Below, one piece after another: positions 59,498-64,000 of a DNA stretch of 64,000 nt. Source of the DNA: Blastocladiella emersonii ATCC 22665 (Eukaryota; Fungi; Blastocladiomycota); the NCBI GenBank assembly GCA_025594325.1, contig JANHCV010000013.1:186001-250000 (forward strand). The letters are read 5' to 3'. The notes beneath the pieces are model-generated. The model did no database searches. It had not been told where the DNA came from and saw only the letters and a program-made list of their open reading frames with translations. Position 1 is the first letter of the stretch; each line of letters begins with the position of its first letter. A program made the translations under genes and the position numbers.

Positions 59498-61819
59498 CTA
59501 CTCGTCGCTAAGACCGCGGTAACTGCTTGCCAGAGCTCGCGCCTTGGCCTCGAGGTCCGCATACCGCTGCGACGTGGCGATGATGGACTCCTCGGGGTGC
59601 TCGCTGCCGGTCTGCCCAAGCGTCTTACGGAACCGTAACTGCGGGAGGAACGGGGTCCCCTCCGCGTCCAGCGGCACAAGTCGAACCACAAAAGTCGGCG
59701 GGAGATCGCCGACGCCCTGGACTTCGACCAGAGCCATGGTCGTGCGCCGCATTAGGTCAATATCAACGATCCCGTTCCCGATCTTGGCCGTGCCCTCCAA
59801 GCTCTTGTCATGCGGGTAGTAAGCGAACTCGTACGCTGAAGCCAGCGCCAGTGCGTTTTGGGAGCCCCACTGCAGCACCGACGCAAACGCTACCACGGCA
59901 ACAAGCGCGATTGCTGATACGATGAGGAGCCATAGCTCAACACGCACCGCGGTCTGCGTGTACATTTGCGGCCCGTTTTCGTCTTTGAACGTCTCTTCCT
60001 TGCGTAAGGCGTCCGACATGACCCACCCGCCTGATGAGGCTGCGTTTGTGTTGAGCGACGCCCACCCGTCACCGCGCTCCTGGCTTGCAGCGCCCCCGCC
60101 GTCGCGCAGCTTGGTAAAGATTCCGCCAGCAAACGACGGCTCCGCTGGCTTTCCATCGTTTGTGCGTCGCAAGCATCGTAGTTGTTGCGGAATTGGTTGC
60201 GCCGAAATCTGCAGCGCCCCCACGAGATCAACATGGGAGTCGTGGTTGGCCTCTGAAAATGACGTGTTTCTCGCAGCGTCGGAAAGCATGGGGAACACCG
60301 TCATACGCACCCTGCACGCTTGCGCGCCGCTAAGGTACACAAGCAAAGGGGCGCCCGTGCTGTTGACAGGCACTGACCTAGACCCCGAAAACAGCGGGCC
60401 GGTCCCGCCATAAGATTTGAGTGTGCATCGCTTCGCTTGACGTTCCGGGTTGCGGGTGAGAATGTCGGCATACGGGTTCGCTGAAATCACTTCGACAGGC
60501 TCCTGGTATGGCTCCAGGGATCTCTCCCTAAACGTCGCGAATGAGCGGTTTGCTGGATTGCATGTTTGGACCACAGTAGGCCCAATACCAGTTTGCGAGT
60601 GGTAGGATTGCTCCAACTTGATGTCGCGGAAGTAGATGTCGGAGGCGGTAACAAGCGAGGTACGCTTGCTTACGATATTGCCGCTGGTTTCCGACCCAAA
60701 CGTGAGCGCCTCCAAAGTGCCCCCTCGTAAGGTTTCGGTCGTCAAGTGTACAAACAGCGCCTGCGACGTGCCAGCCATGAGGTCCGCGGGAGCCGATGAG
60801 TAATCCGTCATGTCTTCAAATAGGAACGGGCCAACGTTGGGGCCGGTGACATTGGCCCTTATGTTTTCAGAAAACACGACTGCATCCTTTGCAGTCCCCC
60901 GCGTTTTGAACCATTCTTGGACGTCGTCTGTTGTCAATCCGCATTGCATTGAGAAACCCTGCACGTCGCCACCGACAACCGCGGCGCCGTACATGACCCG
61001 AGCCTGGTCTGTAACGGTGTTCCCATCCGCCGTTGTGATCGACCGAGTTCGGCCCTCGGACTCAGTCGTATAGCTGAGCGGGACAGGGACGGCATAATGA
61101 GCCCGATAGCCGCCGCCGTTCCTAGATTCGAGCTGCAAAGAATACATAGTGAACTGGAAGCCAAAGGCAGAAGGGCGCCGGTTCATAAACTGGAGCGAGT
61201 CAACACCTACGCGGCGGCTTGCTGAAGTCACCAGATCGCTGCTGAAGTCATAAGGCTTTACGTCGGCCCCAACTGGACCAGCACCGTCACAAATATTTGG
61301 GTTTAATATGCCCGCGACGGCGTCGATCTCGGATATGGTCCCGCTGGTGCGTACCCAGTCGCGCTCCAGGTCAAACGCCGTGGTGGGGACAACGTGGCGG
61401 AGAGCTGCATAAACGGAATCACGGGGGACCGGCCGGCCAAAGGTGGCCGATGCAACGAATGGTCGCACCGCGGCGTTTGTCTGCTGGACCCAAATCAGTC
61501 GTGTTTCGCCCCTGAGCTGCAGGTTCGAGAGGACGGTTGACATGGCCCAATCCGCAGTAAGGCTCGTTGAGGCGATGAACATCAAGACGAGAATGAGAGC
61601 GCTCTGAGCGTGGTGGCCTGCGCGAAACTTGTGTAACATCTGGCGCAGAGCTACGGGAACAGCCGACGGGATAGACAAGTTCATAAGCAGCGGCAGGCCG
61701 GGGCGTGAAGCGAAGAATGCTTGGTAGGCGATCGTCGCGAGCGCACTCGCGCCGACCATCCGGAACAGCGTCGCCCAAAGCGTGTATTCCGCGGGGCCAA
61801 GGAAGATGGCGGCGGCCAT
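59498..61819 (-). CDS. Hypothetical membrane protein, 773 aa, apparently intronless
   Basis: Long non-repetitive ORF with N-terminal hydrophobic segments and a C-terminal TM (LWLLIVSAIALVAVVAFASVL). No family recognised. Confidence 0.75.
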   Translation of the reverse strand: MAAAIFLGPAEYTLWATLFRMVGASALATIAYQAFFASRPGLPLLMNLSIPSAVPVALRQMLHKFRAGHHAQSALILVLMFIASTSLTADWAMSTVLSNLQLRGETRLIWVQQTNAAVRPFVASATFGRPVPRDSVYAALRHVVPTTAFDLERDWVRTSGTISEIDAVAGILNPNICDGAGPVGADVKPYDFSSDLVTSASRRVGVDSLQFMNRRPSAFGFQFTMYSLQLESRNGGGYRAHYAVPVPLSYTTESEGRTRSITTADGNTVTDQARVMYGAAVVGGDVQGFSMQCGLTTDDVQEWFKTRGTAKDAVVFSENIRANVTGPNVGPFLFEDMTDYSSAPADLMAGTSQALFVHLTTETLRGGTLEALTFGSETSGNIVSKRTSLVTASDIYFRDIKLEQSYHSQTGIGPTVVQTCNPANRSFATFRERSLEPYQEPVEVISANPYADILTRNPERQAKRCTLKSYGGTGPLFSGSRSVPVNSTGAPLLVYLSGAQACRVRMTVFPMLSDAARNTSFSEANHDSHVDLVGALQISAQPIPQQLRCLRRTNDGKPAEPSFAGGIFTKLRDGGGAASQERGDGWASLNTNAASSGGWVMSDALRKEETFKDENGPQMYTQTAVRVELWLLIVSAIALVAVVAFASVLQWGSQNALALASAYEFAYYPHDKSLEGTAKIGNGIVDIDLMRRTTMALVEVQGVGDLPPTFVVRLVPLDAEGTPFLPQLRFRKTLGQTGSEHPEESIIATSQRYADLEAKARALASSYRGLSDE

Positions 61820-62515
61820 CGTGAGCGGGGCTTTGTGCAGAAAGCGAGGAAGCGGTCCAAGATCAATTCAAGCGGGGATGAAGCGTGCGCGGTGAGCAAA
61901 AGGAGGGAGGGTGCGACCCGTCCGCTGCGGCTGTGTTTAAATGTCGCACGTCGCCCCTGCACCGCAACGCGTCGCTCGCGTCAGTTCACCGCACCGCATC
62001 GCTCTGCCAGTAAACCAGCCTCACCGCATACCGCCAGTAAGCTGCACTCACGACACTCGCACCGCATGCTCACCATGTCACGATGCTCGCCGCGGGATGC
62101 TGTGACTCTGAGACTCCATGACTGCGCCCAGCTTCAAGATTATGGTTGAGTGAGAATCGGACGAATAAGCCGTTCCTAGCCCTTGTGTGATTGCAAGCGT
62201 CGATTAAGATCGAGCAGCTTGTCGAACCGCATCACCGCTAAACTTGTGCCCGGCGCTCCGTAACTGCAACCCGACCGCATTGACCAATATTTCATCGACA
62301 ACCAGCGCTGCAATGTGAGCACGGGCGCACGTTGAGAGTTGACGTGCATCCCAACTTACTTCGCGACGCGAGGAATGTATTCTCAGCACTTCATTCTCCG
62401 CGGAGAAAGTCGTTGAAATCGCTGGATAAACTGATTTGCGCGTGGGAATGGGGATACAAAAACGTCATGTTGAGTGCGGGAGGGGTGAATTAGACAAGGC
62501 TGGCTGTCACCAAAG

Positions 62516-64000
62516 CTAGAGCTGGGAATAGATGCTTCGTGCCATAGCAGCGTCGATCAGGTTGCCGTTGAGCCACAGTTTGACAAGCGACTGAGGCAGG
62601 TTGGTCGCGAGCGCCTCGGCGCCAATGCCGCCGATGTTGTTCTCGCCCAGGTGTAGCTCGAGAAGGGCCGAGGGCAAGTTGGTCGCCAGTGCCTGGGCGC
62701 CTCGGTCACCGATCTGGTTCTGGCCGGGATGCAGGGAGCGCAAGGATGCAGGTAATTTGCGCGCAATGGCCGTGGCGCCAGCATCGCCAAGCTGGTTCCC
62801 AGTCAGGTTCAAGCATGTCAAGGTCTGAGGGAATCAACCTGCAATGGCTTCCGCGCCCCCGCTCCGAATCACGTTGTAAGTTAGCTGCAGCTTGCTGAGC
62901 GAGCGCGGCAGACTGGCTGCGAGTGCTGCCGCACCACCATCGCCAATCAGGTTGTTGGGCAAGTCGAGTTCCGAGAGGGACGCCGGGAGCAGAGCTGCAA
63001 TCGCATGGGCTCCTGTATCACCAGGCGTGTTGTCGTTGAGCGCCAGAATCGTAAGCGAACACGGAAGGCTGACGGCAATCGCCTCGGCACCAATCCTCCC
63101 GATCTTGTTTTGACCCAGGTCGAGCTTGACAAGGGAAGCAGGTAAGTGCTCCGAGATGGCCCACGCCCCGACATCGCCAATGTTGTTGTTTAGAAGCTCA
63201 AGGACGCGAAGCGACTGCGGAAGCATGGCTGCCAGCTGTCGCGCAATCGCATCGTCCACGTTGCAACCGTTGAGAATGAGCCCAGTGACAAGTGGGTAGT
63301 GTTGAGCGAGAGTCAAGCCGAGCTCGCTCAGTTCCTTGAAGTCGAGCGGCGTACTGCTCAGGTCGCATGTGAAAAACCTGGTCGATTTGCTCCGGTTGCA
63401 CGTCGAAGCTTTGTCGACCGGGTCCGAGATGCCACAGCTCGAAGTCAATTTCGGGCTTTGGCTCGGTGCAGAACTGGCGCTGGAAGCGATACCCGAGTCG
63501 GCCTAGCGAAATCGCGGTCGGGTAAAGTTAGCGTCAAGCTCGGCACGAGTGCGCTGAGTTGAATTGTACCTCAGACTTGTTGGGTGTCCGGCGGTGTCCG
63601 GGCGTCACCAAAGGCAGGTGAAGGGATGTTGGCAGTGTCGCGAAGCATGCTCAGCTTGTTGCCGATCGATGGGAAGGTGGGTCGCATGGTCCAATCGTGC
63701 AACCAGCACTGCTCCACCAGCGCCCAAAGCTCGGGCGACTAGCTGGCCGCGGCCGTTGGCGGGTTGGGACGCTCGCCGGCTCGAATCCACTCCTTGATCA
63801 CATCGAGGTCGTGCTCCGCGTAGAACGGGATGTTTCCTGTGACATCTTCGTAAATCACCATGGCGAATGCAAAAACGTCGGGTTGCAGGTCATAGCGGCC
63901 GCCCCGCTTGTAGCGCTCAGGAGCCACCCATCGAACATTGCTAACCGATCCGGATTTAAAGGTCGCGGCACGGCTGGCCTGCGAAAGCGCGCGGGACTGT
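62516..64000 (-). pseudogene. Paralogous kinase-LRR gene, probably a pseudogene (5' part lies off the window)
   Basis: Kinase C-lobe (GSVSNVRWVAPERY...DVFAFAMV) closely parallels 50384-53489. About 10 LRRs of 26 aa follow. In-frame stops at 63739-63741 (TAG where the paralogue has Tyr) and 62834-62836 (TGA inside an LRR). Confidence 0.85.

Overview
Eukaryotic, intron-containing genomic DNA. Short ~60-80 bp introns with GTACGT/GTGCGC donors, very GC-rich core genes and a ciliary PPIL6-like domain suggest a flagellated early-diverging fungus or similar protist (inference). The window has three parts. (1) 1-20729: at least 6.6 near-identical head-to-tail copies of a 3124-bp unit (first copy 3100 bp). 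Each unit holds ten diverged ~138-bp monomers plus a microsatellite-rich spacer, i.e. a higher-order-repeat (HOR) satellite architecture; I found no credible gene in it. (2) 20730-~24770: a decayed, chimeric minus-strand non-LTR retrotransposon (RT, RNase H, CCHC) whose AATAAA+poly(A) end joins the last unit at a small hairpin loop and forms the array border. (3) 25000-64000: gene-dense DNA with twinfilin, class II DAHP synthase, a PPIL6-like/CLIP-170-like ORF, a PB1-like protein, an atypical Hsp70+Hsp110 pair, a second LINE fragment, homoserine kinase, an EF-hand NADPH oxidase, an LtrA-family protein, RSAD1/HemW, a possible ER-phagy-receptor-like membrane protein, an orphan membrane protein and two kinase-LRR paralogues. 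The best candidate for a new system is 50384-53489: an MLKL-like four-helix bundle, a kinase with intact catalytic motifs and ~11 26-aa LRRs in one polypeptide, interrupted by a 1-bp frameshift. All homology calls are by-eye motif recognition; no database search was run.
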